Positions 1 through 11,405 of a stretch of DNA of 64,000 bases are shown here, piece by piece. The stretch's first letter is position 1; each line of letters starts with the position of its first letter. A program made the translations under genes and the position numbers. The DNA is from an uncultured Gemmatimonadales bacterium (GTDB taxonomy: Bacteria; Gemmatimonadota; Gemmatimonadetes; Gemmatimonadales; Gemmatimonadaceae): the NCBI GenBank assembly GCA_963707505.1, contig CAVPQB010000004.1, positions 480,001 to 544,000 on the forward strand, written 5' to 3'. Under the pieces are notes generated by a model, which did not search any database, had not been told where the DNA came from, and saw only the letters and a list, made by a program, of their open reading frames with translations.

Positions 1-651
1 CGCATTGTAGCCTTCATACGAGCAGAAAAACGATATGGCGGCGCCGAATACCGTCGCCTTGATCAGGGAATAAACAATCTGGAACGGTGCGAACGCGAGC
101 TGCAGTCCCGCCATGAAATCAGATGGAAGGATGTCAGTCGCGACGACCGATGTAAGAAACGCCATCCCGACACCAACCGAGTCTGCGAATACGGTAAGAA
201 TCGGCAGCATGACTATCGCAGCGATCACTCGTGGCACCACGAGATACGCGATCGGATCGTACGCCAGCGTCTCGAGCGCGTCGATCTGCTCCGTCACTCG
301 CATCGTACCCAGCTCCGCCGTGATCCGCGCACCGACCCTGCCGGTCAGCACCAGCGCGGTGAGCAACGGTCCCAATTCGAGAATCACCGACTGTCTCGAT
401 ATCAGCCCCACCACGGACAGCTGCACGCCGCCAAAAAGTTGATAACGTGTCTGAAATGCCGTGACCGCACCGATGAACGCCGCGACGATGATCGTGAGCG
501 GTACCGAGTCCACGCCGATGTTACGCATCTGGCGGATGGTTTCGAGTCCATATGTGCGCCAGTCCGGCAAGGCGCGCACGATGTCAGCCGCGAAATACCC
601 GCGCTCGCCGATCCGCGAGAATGGCCTGCTGGCCCTGTCGAGAAACCGCAC
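1..651 (-). CDS. mlaE: MlaE-family ABC transporter permease (3' end outside window)
   Basis: Manual translation from GTG at 651, directly after the lptG stop, gives ELGPLLTALVLTGRVGARITAELGTMRVTEQIDALETLAYDPIAYLVVPRV, the MlaE signature. Confidence 0.93.
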   Translation of the reverse strand, partial: MRFLDRASRPFSRIGERGYFAADIVRALPDWRTYGLETIRQMRNIGVDSVPLTIIVAAFIGAVTAFQTRYQLFGGVQLSVVGLISRQSVILELGPLLTALVLTGRVGARITAELGTMRVTEQIDALETLAYDPIAYLVVPRVIAAIVMLPILTVFADSVGVGMAFLTSVVATDILPSDFMAGLQLAFAPFQIVYSLIKATVFGAAISFFCSYEGYNA

Positions 652-1740
652 TCAGGTACGCACGCGCATGAATAGCGTGAGCCCGATCACGCCAAACAGG
701 ATACTGGGCAGCCACGCTGCAAGCTCGGGGGGCAGCAGTCCCTTTCCGCCAACAGCTTTCGTCAACTGAATCAACATCAGGAATATGATTGTCGTGGCGA
801 GGCTCACGCCCACGCCGTAGGCCGCACCGCCTCGCTGCGTGCTCGTTGCGAGCGGTGCGCCGAAAAGAAGGATCACGAGACTCGTAACCGGGATCGCGAT
901 CTTGAGCATTCGCTCTACACGCAGCTCGTTCACGTCCGTGCCCGAGCGCTCCATCGCATGAATGAATCGGCCCAGCTCGGCGTAGTCCATCTCCGCCGGC
1001 GCCTTGGGCGATGCGGTGAGCTCTTCAGGCCTTTCGGTGAACTGCTTGTCGTACAAGGAATCGTAGGAAAAGGTGATGTTGGTGCTGTTGCTCGTGATGA
1101 TGTGCATCGTCCCGCGGCCCAGTAGCCAACCCCGCGGCGTGTAAGCAGCGCCCGTCGATGTCGCAATGTACGACGGATAGTCCGATCCACTACCCTTTCG
1201 CTCGATCTCGACACCATCCGCCTTCTTACTGGCCAGATGCAGCGCGCTGATCTTGTAGACACGTCCAGCCGTGGATGCATAGGCGAAGTTATAACGGTCG
1301 GTGCTCGCCGAGAACCTCTGGGTCTCCAGGAGCTCCAGCCGCCGCTTGTTGGTGTGCGGCGCGACCTCGCCCAGCACGAGCCCGAGCGCGACCGCGAACA
1401 GTGCGCCGACAAAGATCGGCGCTATGAATCTGTAAAACGAAACGCCCGAAGCCTTGGCCGCCGTGATCTCCGAATATCGTGTGAGTGATCCGATCGAGAA
1501 CACGGTCGCGAACAACACAGCCGCCGGCAGGATCATGAACATCGAATCCGGCAGCCAGTACAGATAACTCAGCGCAATCTGCGACTTCGGTAGGTTGCGC
1601 TGGAGATACGTGTTGAGGTTGTCCGTGATGTCGATGATGATGACCAGAACCGGAAAGCCGAGCGCCGTCGTGACGAAAATACGCCAGAATTCGCTGAACA
1701 CGTATCGGTCCAACGGCTTTATCATGTGGCTCAGCTTCAT
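652..1740 (-). CDS. lptG: LptF/LptG-family LPS export permease (LptG-like)
   Basis: C-terminal part of ORF 652..3273 from MKLSHMIKPLDRYV; motifs SEITAAKASGVSFYRF and LPPELAAWLPSILF; 6-TM layout. Confidence 0.9.
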   Translation of the reverse strand: MKLSHMIKPLDRYVFSEFWRIFVTTALGFPVLVIIIDITDNLNTYLQRNLPKSQIALSYLYWLPDSMFMILPAAVLFATVFSIGSLTRYSEITAAKASGVSFYRFIAPIFVGALFAVALGLVLGEVAPHTNKRRLELLETQRFSASTDRYNFAYASTAGRVYKISALHLASKKADGVEIERKGSGSDYPSYIATSTGAAYTPRGWLLGRGTMHIITSNSTNITFSYDSLYDKQFTERPEELTASPKAPAEMDYAELGRFIHAMERSGTDVNELRVERMLKIAIPVTSLVILLFGAPLATSTQRGGAAYGVGVSLATTIIFLMLIQLTKAVGGKGLLPPELAAWLPSILFGVIGLTLFMRVRT

Positions 1741-3407
1741 GGCTCCGCCCGGCGCTCGCGAATCAGATGCACCACGCGCATCCGCTGCTTCATCCACGCC
1801 GCGCGCATTACCGAGCATCTCCCGCATGTCGCCTCCGCGCGCAGTGGCTCCTTCCTTGCCCATGCGCCAGAGCAGCGCAACCGCCACGGCGGCGAATATC
1901 ACGTTGGCAGCCCACATCGCTATCACCGGCGGTAACAACCCCTGCGACGCGGCCGCGGCGCCGGCGGTGAGTCCTATGTAGTACAGAGCGAACACGAACA
2001 GGCTCACCCCGAGTGTGAGCCCGACTCCGCCGCGCGGAAAACGCAGCGCGATCGGTGCGCCCAGCATCACGAACACGAAGCAGGCCACTGCGAGCGCGAA
2101 TTTCTTGTGGATCTCGATCTCGTATCCGTCGATCAGCGTCTTCGCATCCGAAAGTCGTACCTTCGACACTGTAATCGTACTCGGCGTCGCGTCCATGCCC
2201 ACGCTCGGCGGCGGCCTCGTGTAGATGCGCGCGGGTACGGGCGCAGCGGTTGGCGCAGCGGTTGGCGCAGCGGTTGGCGCAGGCGCCTTCTGTGGCAGAC
2301 TTTGGAGCCGGCTTGAGTCGCCGGGCGTACCGGCGCCGGAACAGTTTTCTGTACTTCTGGTCGCGCCTGTGTCGCGCGCCCCGCTTGAGGCTGCATGGGC
2401 ACCGGCGGTGCACTTTGCGCTGAGAGGGTAGGGATACGCAGCTGTTTGAGTAGCCAGCAATACGTGGCACCCAGGGATATGTTCGACGGCACGTGTGTAT
2501 CGGTCGCGTACATGTCGGCGCCGAGCTTGATCTTGTTTTCGCGCGCTTCCTTCATCCCTCTCAGGAAATCCTTGCGAGCTTCCATGTAATCGGCGCGCCC
2601 ACGACGCACCTCTCTCTGCATCTCGCACACCGACATCTCGCGATTGCCCTTGTTCTGCGCGTCGGTGGACTTCTGGAACTGGTTCGCGACTCCCTTCACC
2701 GTCACGAGATCGACGTTGAAGAAGAGCCGTTGCAGCTGCGACGGATTCAACACCGGCACGTCCTGCATCGAGCCGTGGTACAGTGTCAACAGCAGATCGC
2801 TCTGGTTCTTGGCGAGTTCCATGTTGCCGCTGTCGGCATAGATCGTTCGGCGTCGCGTCGGGTCGCTCAGATCGTAGATCGTCACGTCGCGCATGAGATT
2901 CGACGCTTCGTCCAGATGGTTCGCACGCAGAAACAGCTTTCCCGGACTCACCTCGTTGATGACCTGCTCGCGTAGCGCGAACGTCGGCTTCTTCTGCGCG
3001 ATGTCCGACTGCAACACTGCCAGCTGGTGATTCGTCCGCGGAAGAATCTGATCGTTGAAGATGATCATGAACAGCGTGACGCCGGCCGCCGCTATCAGCA
3101 CCGGTGTCATGAGGCTCTTGAGACTCACCCCGCTCGCCTTGAGCGCGGTTATCTCGTTCTCCGCGGCAAGCCGACTGAACGCGTGAAGCGTCGCCACCAG
3201 CACCGCCATGGGCAGTGTGAGCGCGACCGTGAATGGAATGGAGAGAAGGAAGAACTCCGCGACCGCCGACCATGGGATCCCCTTTCCGACCAGGTTCCCG
3301 AACTGCTTGGCGATGTAGTTGAGCAGCAGGAGCGACGTGAGAGCAGTAAGTGCGAATGTGAGGGGTCCCAGGTGCTCCTTGAGAACGTATCGGGAGAGTA
3401 TCTTCAC
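1737..3407 (-). CDS. lptF: LptF/LptG-family permease (LptF-like) with two apparent frameshifts (~2300 and ~1800)
   Basis: GTG 3407 gives KILSRYVLKE...ENEITALKASGVS (ORF 2133..3470). It continues in the 652..3273 frame (EIHKKFALAVACFVFVMLGAPI...AMWAANVIF). A third frame ends AWMKQRMRVVHLIRERRAEP-stop with an ATGA overlap onto the lptG start. Confidence 0.85.
2240..2282. repeat. 12-bp tandem repeat (GGCGCAGCGGTT, about 3.5 copies) encoding a PTAA linker in LptF
   Basis: Direct reading of the sequence; translates as APTAAPTAAPTAAP on the minus strand. Confidence 0.9.
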
Positions 3408-3410
3408 GGG

Positions 3411-6400
3411 GTGAAATTTACAGGGTGGGTCTCCCCCGGGCGCCCTTCGCGAGCGCGCCGGAGAGAGCACGCGTCCCCTGGCTCACGGGGACTGCGCCGG
3501 GCCCGCGCATCGGTCCCGTCCTTTGCCGGCCGGATCGCGCTCGCGATCGTGCTTGCAATCGTGCTCGCCGGCGTGGTCGCGTCCCCGCTCCGCGCGCAAG
3601 TAAAGGACACAACTGTGCATGCGCCGTCACGGCTGCGCGTACGCATCGGACGGGATACGCTCCCGCTTCAGCTGCCAACGGTCCAGACTCGCACAGACGC
3701 CGCCCTCTACCGGGAAGCAGAAGCCCAGATCCAGGCAGCTCGCGCCACAGCCTTCCAGTTGAACAGTCGTTCGATTCTGGAATCGGTCTGGGGGCAGGTT
3801 GCGGCGCAGAATTTCGCGACAGGTCGGCTCCAGCCGCTTTCCGCCGAAGACGCCCAGCAGCGTAAGGCCCGCGAGCCCGTCAAGAATGAACAACTGTTCG
3901 GCGACTACGCCGATCTGGGCATTCAGGTCGATTCCAGGCTGGAGTTCCGCAACGAGAAGGATGAAACCAACCGCTGCCAGGGCGTCAGCTACTTCCTCGC
4001 AGCCAACACCTGCCGTTCCGCCTTCGAGCCTACGCTGGATTTCCAGTATGCTCTCCGGTCCGCCGGCGTCGTCGCCGACCGCGTGCACGTGAACGTCGAT
4101 TACGACTCGCAGCGCGAGTTCGACGCGTCCAACACCATCTCGATCGCCTTCGAGGGCAAGCCGAACGAGTTCATGCAGAAGCTCGAGGTCGGTAACGTCA
4201 CCTTCCAGCCGCCGCCGTCACGCTTCATCACTGCGGCCATCCCGAGCGGCAATTACGGCGTACAGGCGGTCGCCAATCTCGGTGAGGGAATCAAGCTGCG
4301 CAGCATCGTCGCGCAGCAGAAGGGAAACGTCGTTCGCGATCGTGTGTTCACCGTCGGCGACCACGTTCTGCAGGCGGTCGATCGCACAGTCGAAGACTAC
4401 CAGTTCGAGCCGCGCCGGTTCTTCTTCACCGTCGATCCAAAGCTGTTCGCTGGCTATCCGAACATCGACATCCTCAATCGGCAGCAGATGACCCGACTGG
4501 CTGCTGCACTTCCCGATACGTTGCGTCCGGCGACGATCTATGTATACCGCCTTCTGATCGGCGGTCAGCCGCCCAATCCGAACGGTCCGCAGTTCCGCAT
4601 TATCGGTGATCCTCGTTCGCAGAAAGGCCAGGTGTACGAGCTGCTGCGCGAGGGAGTCGACTATTACTCCGACCCGTCGCGGCTCTGGATCGCGCTCGTT
4701 CGTCCACTGTCACTCAACAACGAGCGGCTCGTAGTTGCATATCGCGTTCGTGTCGGCGGCGTCGTGACGACTCATGCAACCACTGGCGGAACTCCCGACC
4801 TCGAATATTCCCCGGCGCACGATCAGTTCGCGAATCTGCTGTGGGATCCGAACGTTCAACCGACCGACGCTGCGTTCCGGCGCGAGATTCGTTCAGTGTA
4901 TCGACTCGGTGGCAGCGACGTCGTGCGCCAGAGCGTGAGCGTCAAGGTCGTTACCGGAAACGCGACCGATCAGGAAAAACCGGTGACGGGGCGCGCAGCA
5001 ACCTATCTGCAGCTGTTCGGACTCGCACAGCCGACCAACAGCTCGACCTTCGACGTCGAGAATCGTCTCTGGCCCCGTCCGACCGACCCCAACTTCGCCC
5101 TGGGTGTCGGCGCATTTGGCACGCCCACGATTCGCGATCAGTTCCTGGTCTTTCCGTCGGTGCGTCCATTCGCGAGCAACGGCATGGCCGGTGCAGGGAA
5201 TCCGCACAACGATACCGTTTACACGACGCCCGCCGATTATCTCATATCGTCGCAACGGCCCGGTGCCGTCTACCACATACGCCTGCGCTACCAGGCGCAG
5301 GGAAACGGTACCAACGGCACTCTCTCACTCGGCGCTGTGCAGGTGCGGCCGAATTCGGAGCGCATTCTCGTCGACAATGTCCTGCTCGCGCGTGGCAGCG
5401 ATTACTCGGTCGATTACGATCTCGGTCGAGTGAACTTCGCGCGGCCGGACACGTTATTTCCGCGCCCGCGGCAGGTGACCGTACAGTTCGAGGAGAATCC
5501 TCTGTTCGTGGAGACTCCGACATCGATATTTGGATCTTCGCTCGAGATACCGTTGTCGAACGGCCAGATCAACCTCCTGGCGCTGTCGCAATCGCAGAAA
5601 AGCACGTATACGCGCCCCACGCTCGGCTTGGAGCCGCAATCGATGCTCATCGCGGGCATCAACGCCACGATGAATTTCGATGCCGACGAGCTCACCAGAC
5701 TGGTGTCGAAGCTGCCGTACGGTCACACCGACGTTCCCTCCCATGTTTCGCTCGCCGGTGAGTTTGCCGCGAGCAAGCCGCAACCGAGCGCTGGACAGCA
5801 GGCGTACCTCGAATCGTTCGAGGAAGCTGGCGGTCTTGATGTGCTGCTCGGTGACCAGTACTGGTATTACAGCAGCCAGCCAGCAGTCGCGCATAATGTG
5901 CTCGCGAAATACGGCTCCAATCTGCTCGACATCAATCACGCGACTCAGCTCGCATTTCAGACCAACATTCGAGATTCGCTCGGCAAGCAGATTCAGTTCA
6001 CGATCGACAAGATCGATCCGGAGGTTGCGTTCTCGGGTGTCGGCGTCGCTGCGCCTGAGCAGATACTCTGGCTCACCATGTATCCGCTGTCACGCGGGTT
6101 GCGCGATGACCAGAACAGCAATGCGCACTGGAGCACCGGGGTGACGCAGACGGGTCGCCGATGGCGCTCCATCCGAACATCGCTCAGCCCTTCGGGCGCT
6201 GATGTGTCGCGCACTGAAAATGTCGAATTCTGGGCGCTCGTAGATACCTCCGCGGTCGGCCGATCGCGCAATCCTACCCTGGTGTTCGACGTGGGAGAGA
6301 TCTCCGAGAACTCGGTTGTATTTCAACCCGATACTATTCGCATCCAGGCGGTGAACGCCGTGCTGCGCGATACCGTGATGTCAGGGCGTCGCCTTTCCGG

Positions 6401-9400
6401 ATTCGATAAGCTCAATAGTGAGCGCGATCCATTTTCGCGCGCGTTCAACGCAAACGCGAACGATACGGGATTGCCCGGAGATGTCGCGGACAGCGCAGTC
6501 GTCATCGCTGACACGATACCGGGCCAGCTACCGACGCCGCGAATCGTTCCCAAATTCGCGATCTGCAGAAACCAGTATGGCGCGCTCTATCAGGTCGGCG
6601 ACACGCGCACGAATTGCACCGTTGGCAACGGCCGCCTGGACGAGGAAGATCTCGACGGCGACAACGTGCTCAATCTAAACAGCACCCAGCGCGAGCAGGA
6701 GCAGATAAGGCGCTTCGTGGTGGATCTTTCCGACGAGCGGAAGTTCAATCGCGTCGGGAAGTGCATCGAGCGGCCGGTTGCGCGTGGCGAGACTGTCCCG
6801 CGCACACCGGTGTGCTGGGTCTTCGTGCGCGTGCCATTCCGCGCGCCCGACGATACGTTGAATTCCCCGTTACTGAGTCGCGCTCGCGCCTTGCGTATTA
6901 CAATGATTTCGGGAGCAGCTGTCCCGGACACGGCGTTCAGTCAGGTGGCGCTCGATCAACTTCGTCTCACTGGCGCACCATGGCTCAAGCGCAGCGATGC
7001 GGCGATTCGTGGTCTGGCTGGTGAGCAGCCCGATCTCGGTTTTGTGACTGTCGGCACCGTCGGCACACAGGATCGCGGCGTATCGGGAGGCGTGAATTAC
7101 GATTCGCCACCGGGTGTCACCAATCTGCCCGATCTCAAGGCAACTCCGGTTACCTCGTCTCGCGTCCCCATCAACGAGCACTCGCTCCGCGTCGTCGCTG
7201 GTGGCTTGAATACGTTCGATCGCGCCGAGGCTTACTACCGGTTTCCAGAAGGGCAGAAGAACTTCATGAGCTACAAGGAGCTGCGAGTATGGGCACGGGG
7301 AGTGAGTAATGGCTGGGGCATCAACGGAGAGCTTCAATTCTATGTGAAGCTCGGTCACGATGCATCAAACTTCTACATGTATCACACGCCGCTTGCCGGG
7401 AAACGGCGCCGGCCCATCCGCATGGCTCCCCGAAATCCGCGTCGACTTCTCCAGGCTCATCGCGCTCCGTGCGCAGATTCAGAATGCGTATCTCCGAGGG
7501 TCGCAGCGCAACACGTGTACCGGTGCCGATTCGGTTCTCATTGCAAATACTCCGTTCCAGCCGACGACATCGACCAGTGCCGTATACGCAGCCTGCTCCG
7601 ATGGTTACATGGTGTACACAACCGACCCCGGTGTGAACCCGCCCAATCTCGCGGCGATCCAGGAGCTTTCCGTCGGAATGTTCCGCGTGCCCGGCACGTC
7701 GGTCGCACGCCCGATATCGCCGAGTGACACGTTGGAGTTGTGGGTCGACGACCTGCGGCTCGGTGGAGTCGTTGACGCAACAGGTTTCGCGGGTCAGGTA
7801 GCGCTCGGCGTCACGGCGAGCGATTTCGCCGACGTACGTGTCAACCTGACGCGCCGCGATCCCAATTTCCGCCAGCTCGGTGACCAACCGACGTATCTCA
7901 CCGACAATACGGTGGACGTGAGTGCCGCGTTCCGGCTGGAGAAGCTGCTACCGCGCTCGTTGGGATACGCAATCCCAGTCACATTCAATTACAGCGGTGC
8001 GTCCAGCGATCCAACTTATCTGACACAATCGGACATCGACGCGAGCGCGGTACCCGGTCTCAGATCACCCCACAACGGAGCTACGTCCGTCACCTTCGGC
8101 ATCAAGCGCGCGACTCCGGTCAAGGGCGGAACGCTCGCACCGGTGTTGAATAATCTGAGCATGCAGGGAACCTACACATCCGCCGACGCCCAGAGTGAAT
8201 ATGAGGACGGTCACGCCCATGATCTCCGTGTGGGCCTGGAGTACAATCTCATTCGTGCCTTCGCCCCTTCGCTCGCCACCGTGCTGCCTACCGAGCTCTA
8301 TCTCACCTCGACGTACGAGAACGGCAACGATCGGCGATTGACCTATCTCAAGCCCGCCGCGGCGCTGGATGATACCGCGCAGTTCGTTAACGGCCTCACG
8401 AATTCGATCAGCAATGGCGGCGCCATCGCGTTTCATCCGCTCCGCAACAGTACCATTCGATTCAACCTGTCCTCGCTGCGCGACATCAGGTCCTACGCGG
8501 ACATTCCGAACCTCGCGGTGGTCGATGCGCAGGAGCGTAATCGTTTTGCCGGATTCGACACTGGCCTCGAGCGCCAGCGTACCGTGGGAACGCAGCTGAG
8601 CTACAGTGTTGCTCCACTGCCGTGGCTTCGCGCACGCTTCAATAGCAGCTCAAACTACAACATGCTGCGTGACCCAAACACGCTCGACTTCATACGTGCA
8701 GCCGATTCCCTTGGGGAGTTCCGCATTCCGCGCAATATCGGCAACACTCAGAACGCCAATCTCGGTTTCACGATCGACTTTCGCGCCCTTGCAAGTGCGA
8801 CGTCATTCATTCCAGGCGTGAAGACGGTCATCAGTGCGTTTCAGCCGCTCGACATATCGCTCGACCGAAACGTGCTTACGGCATACGACGGCGCCGCGGC
8901 CTCCGCTCCGCTCATGTATCAACTCGGTTTCGGCAGTGTCAACCAGTTCAGACACATCGGATCGGAGTCGGCGACAAGCGCGGGTGTTAACGATCAGCTC
9001 ACCCTGTCGCAGACGATCAACCTGCCGTTCGGGGCGACGCTCACCAATCATCTGCAGCGTCTCACTCAACGAAGCTGGACACTGCGAGCCGACAATGGCC
9101 AGGATGTTGGAGATGCGACACAGCTCGTCTTTCCTGATGTCGCACTTCGCTGGACCAAACGCATCGCCGATTCCACAGCGTTGATCCGGAATTTCAGCGC
9201 GAGCGCGCGGGTTGCTGGCACGACTCAGCGACTCGCCAGCCCCGGTGAGTTCTCGCTCCCCGATGGCGAGAACGGCGAAACGCGCATTCGCAGCTATCCC
9301 GTTTCACTGAGCGCAATATGGGCGGGATCGCGTCCGCTCACCACTTCGCTCGGGGTCAATCTCGTTCAACGTCTGGACAACGAACCCGGCCTCAGTGGCC

Positions 9401-9741
9401 GCGGAACATCGATGGACGTCAACGCCGATCTGGCCCGGGCATTCGCGCTTCCGCCGCAATGGCATCCACATGGTGATCTGCGTACGCGGCTCTCGTTCCA
9501 GAACAGCCACGGCAAGAGCTACGTGCTCAATCCGCTCGACATAGTAGGCCGCAGCCGCCTCACCGACAACGGTCGCCGCTCCGCCAGCTTCTCCGCTGAT
9601 ACCGACGTGTCCGATACGATGACATCCACCTTCGTCATCTCCCGCGTCGATAGCTTCGACGCCAATCTCAGCAGAACCTTCACGCAAACCGTGCTGAGCG
9701 CGATTCTGCACCTGCAGTTCTATTCCGGCGAGATGCACTGA
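3411..9741 (+). CDS. sprA: SprA/Sov-like large outer-membrane beta-barrel protein (~2100 aa), one apparent frameshift at ~7400
   Basis: Signal peptide ending SPLRA|Q. SprA-type motifs: VNVDYDSQREFD, LEVGNVTF, SERILVDNVLLARGSDYSVDYDLGRV, AYLESFE, LDEEDLDGD, LWVDDLRL. C-terminal amphipathic beta strands. ORFs 3027..7727 and 7360..9741 join at GCCGGGAAAC. The start codon is uncertain. Confidence 0.8.
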
Positions 9742-9813
9742 CGTCGTCAGTTGCCCCCCCAACCAACGCCCCACGCACGGGGTATCTTTTCTCCGTCCAC
9801 CTACACGCTACGT

Positions 9814-10734
9814 ATGAATCGACTGTTCCTCTATCTTGCCATTTTCCCCATTCTCGCCGGTTGTCAGAAGTCCAAAACGGGATTCGATGGCGAAGCGGCC
9901 TACCGCTACGCCGGCACTCAGGTATCATTCGGACCGCGAATTCCCGGCTCGCCAGGCTGGCAGAAGGCCGGTGACTGGATCGTCGCCCAGATGCGCACCC
10001 GCGCCGACACCGTCATCGAGCAGCGCTGGATGCACACGCTCGCCAACGGCGATAGCATCCCCATGCGAAATATCCTCGCGCGATTCCGCCCGCAGGCTAC
10101 CGATCGCGTGCTCTATCTCACACACTGGGATACCAGGCCAATCGCCGACAGCGACCCCAACCCGGCCAACCGTACCAAGCCCATCCTCGGCGCAAACGAC
10201 GGAGCTTCCGGCGTCGGTCTCTTCGTAGCACTTGGCGACCTCCTCAAGAAAACTCCCCCGAACGTCGGCGTCGATCTCCTATTCGTCGATGGCGAGGATT
10301 ACGGCAGCTTCGGGCCGCCCAAGGATGTCGATGTGCTGATAGGATCGACGTACTTCGCATCGCACCTCCCCTCGCCCGGCTACCAGCCGATCTTCGGCGT
10401 TCTCTTCGACATGATCGGCGACAAGGACCTCAACATCTACGAGGAGCAGAACTCCATCGCGCGTGCGCCTGAGGTCGTGTCACGCGTATGGAAGACCGCC
10501 GACGATCTCGGTTACTCCCAGTACTTCCTGCCACAGATGGGCCAGGCGGTCACCGACGATCACATCCCCCTCCTCCAGGCCGGCCTTCGTGTGATCGACG
10601 TCATCGACATCGACTACGAATCTCCCAGCAACAACTATCACCACACCCTCGCCGACACGATGGACAAGATCTCCGCCAAGTCACTCGGCGTAGTCGGCGA
10701 CGTCGCAGCCGCCCTCGTGACCAACCGCCCGTAG
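9814..10734 (+). CDS. M28-family lipoprotein, probable zinc-type (animal-type) glutaminyl cyclase
   Basis: Lipobox ILAG|C. Motifs GPRIPGS, HWDTRP, GANDGASGV, DGEDYG, DMIGD, DDHIP and HHT match the glutaminyl cyclase subfamily of M28. Confidence 0.8.
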   Translation: MNRLFLYLAIFPILAGCQKSKTGFDGEAAYRYAGTQVSFGPRIPGSPGWQKAGDWIVAQMRTRADTVIEQRWMHTLANGDSIPMRNILARFRPQATDRVLYLTHWDTRPIADSDPNPANRTKPILGANDGASGVGLFVALGDLLKKTPPNVGVDLLFVDGEDYGSFGPPKDVDVLIGSTYFASHLPSPGYQPIFGVLFDMIGDKDLNIYEEQNSIARAPEVVSRVWKTADDLGYSQYFLPQMGQAVTDDHIPLLQAGLRVIDVIDIDYESPSNNYHHTLADTMDKISAKSLGVVGDVAAALVTNRP

Positions 10735-10879
10735 GGCGCGGATGTGTCCGCGCCTGGCCATCCAGGCGCGATCGGACTCGGAAGCCTTGCCCGATGATGC
10801 GTTGCCGTATGCGGTGATATGACGCCACCCGCCGATCCCTGATCACCCGCGGCGCGTCGTTCCGCCCGATGTTGCCTCC

Positions 10880-11405
10880 ATGGCAACTCCCGCTGAACGC
10901 AAGGCACTCCTCTTCTTCGGAATCGTCGCGATGCTCGGTGCTGGCGTCCGCGTCTGGCGAGCACGGAATCCGGGCCAACCGCGCCCTTCCGGCCGACACA
11001 TTTGTGTCCGAGCCACGCGGTTCGGCTCACGGCAGCCCGGGCAAGTCCTCCAGTTCCCCGCGTACAACCGTTCGGACCGGAGCCGCCGGGTCAAGAACAA
11101 GTCAGATCATCCGAGACTCCAATTCAATAATCGACCTCGATCGGGCCACGATGTCCGAGATCGATGCTATCGGTGTACTCCCTAAGGGCATGGCTCGTCT
11201 TATTGTAGCGGACCGAGATTCCTTCGGACCGTTTGGCTCATTAGGGGAGTTGCAACGTGTTCCGTTCCTTTCAGCAAGTACCTTAAGAAAACTGGCACCC
11301 AGAGTGACATTCTCTCGCATTCCACGACCCCGGAATACAGTCATTCAACCGCGCGCGCTTCCGGTGAGTACAGCCGGACGGCGAAAAGCGGCGGCCAACC
11401 CGTGA
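10880..11405 (+). CDS. comEA: ComEA-like helix-hairpin-helix DNA-binding membrane protein, one apparent frameshift
   Basis: The N-terminal anchor MATPAERKALLFFGIVAMLGAGVR is in ORF 10880..11185. The HhH domain IDLDRATMSEIDAI...ARLIVADRDSFGPFGSLGELQRV is in ORF 10869..11405. Confidence 0.7.

Noticed and set aside
652..3273. Apparent 873-aa LptF-LptG fusion ORF
   Set aside because: An alternative frame gives a natural LptF end with an ATGA overlap on the lptG start; the fusion is explained by an indel near 1800.
7390..7410. Programmed frameshift or phase variation in the sprA-like gene (GCCGGGAAAC)
   Set aside because: A single extra base in a short homopolymer restores the frame, and similar isolated indels occur in lptF, comEA, S9 and the anti-sigma gene, which points to sequencing error. 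Reads are needed to exclude it fully.
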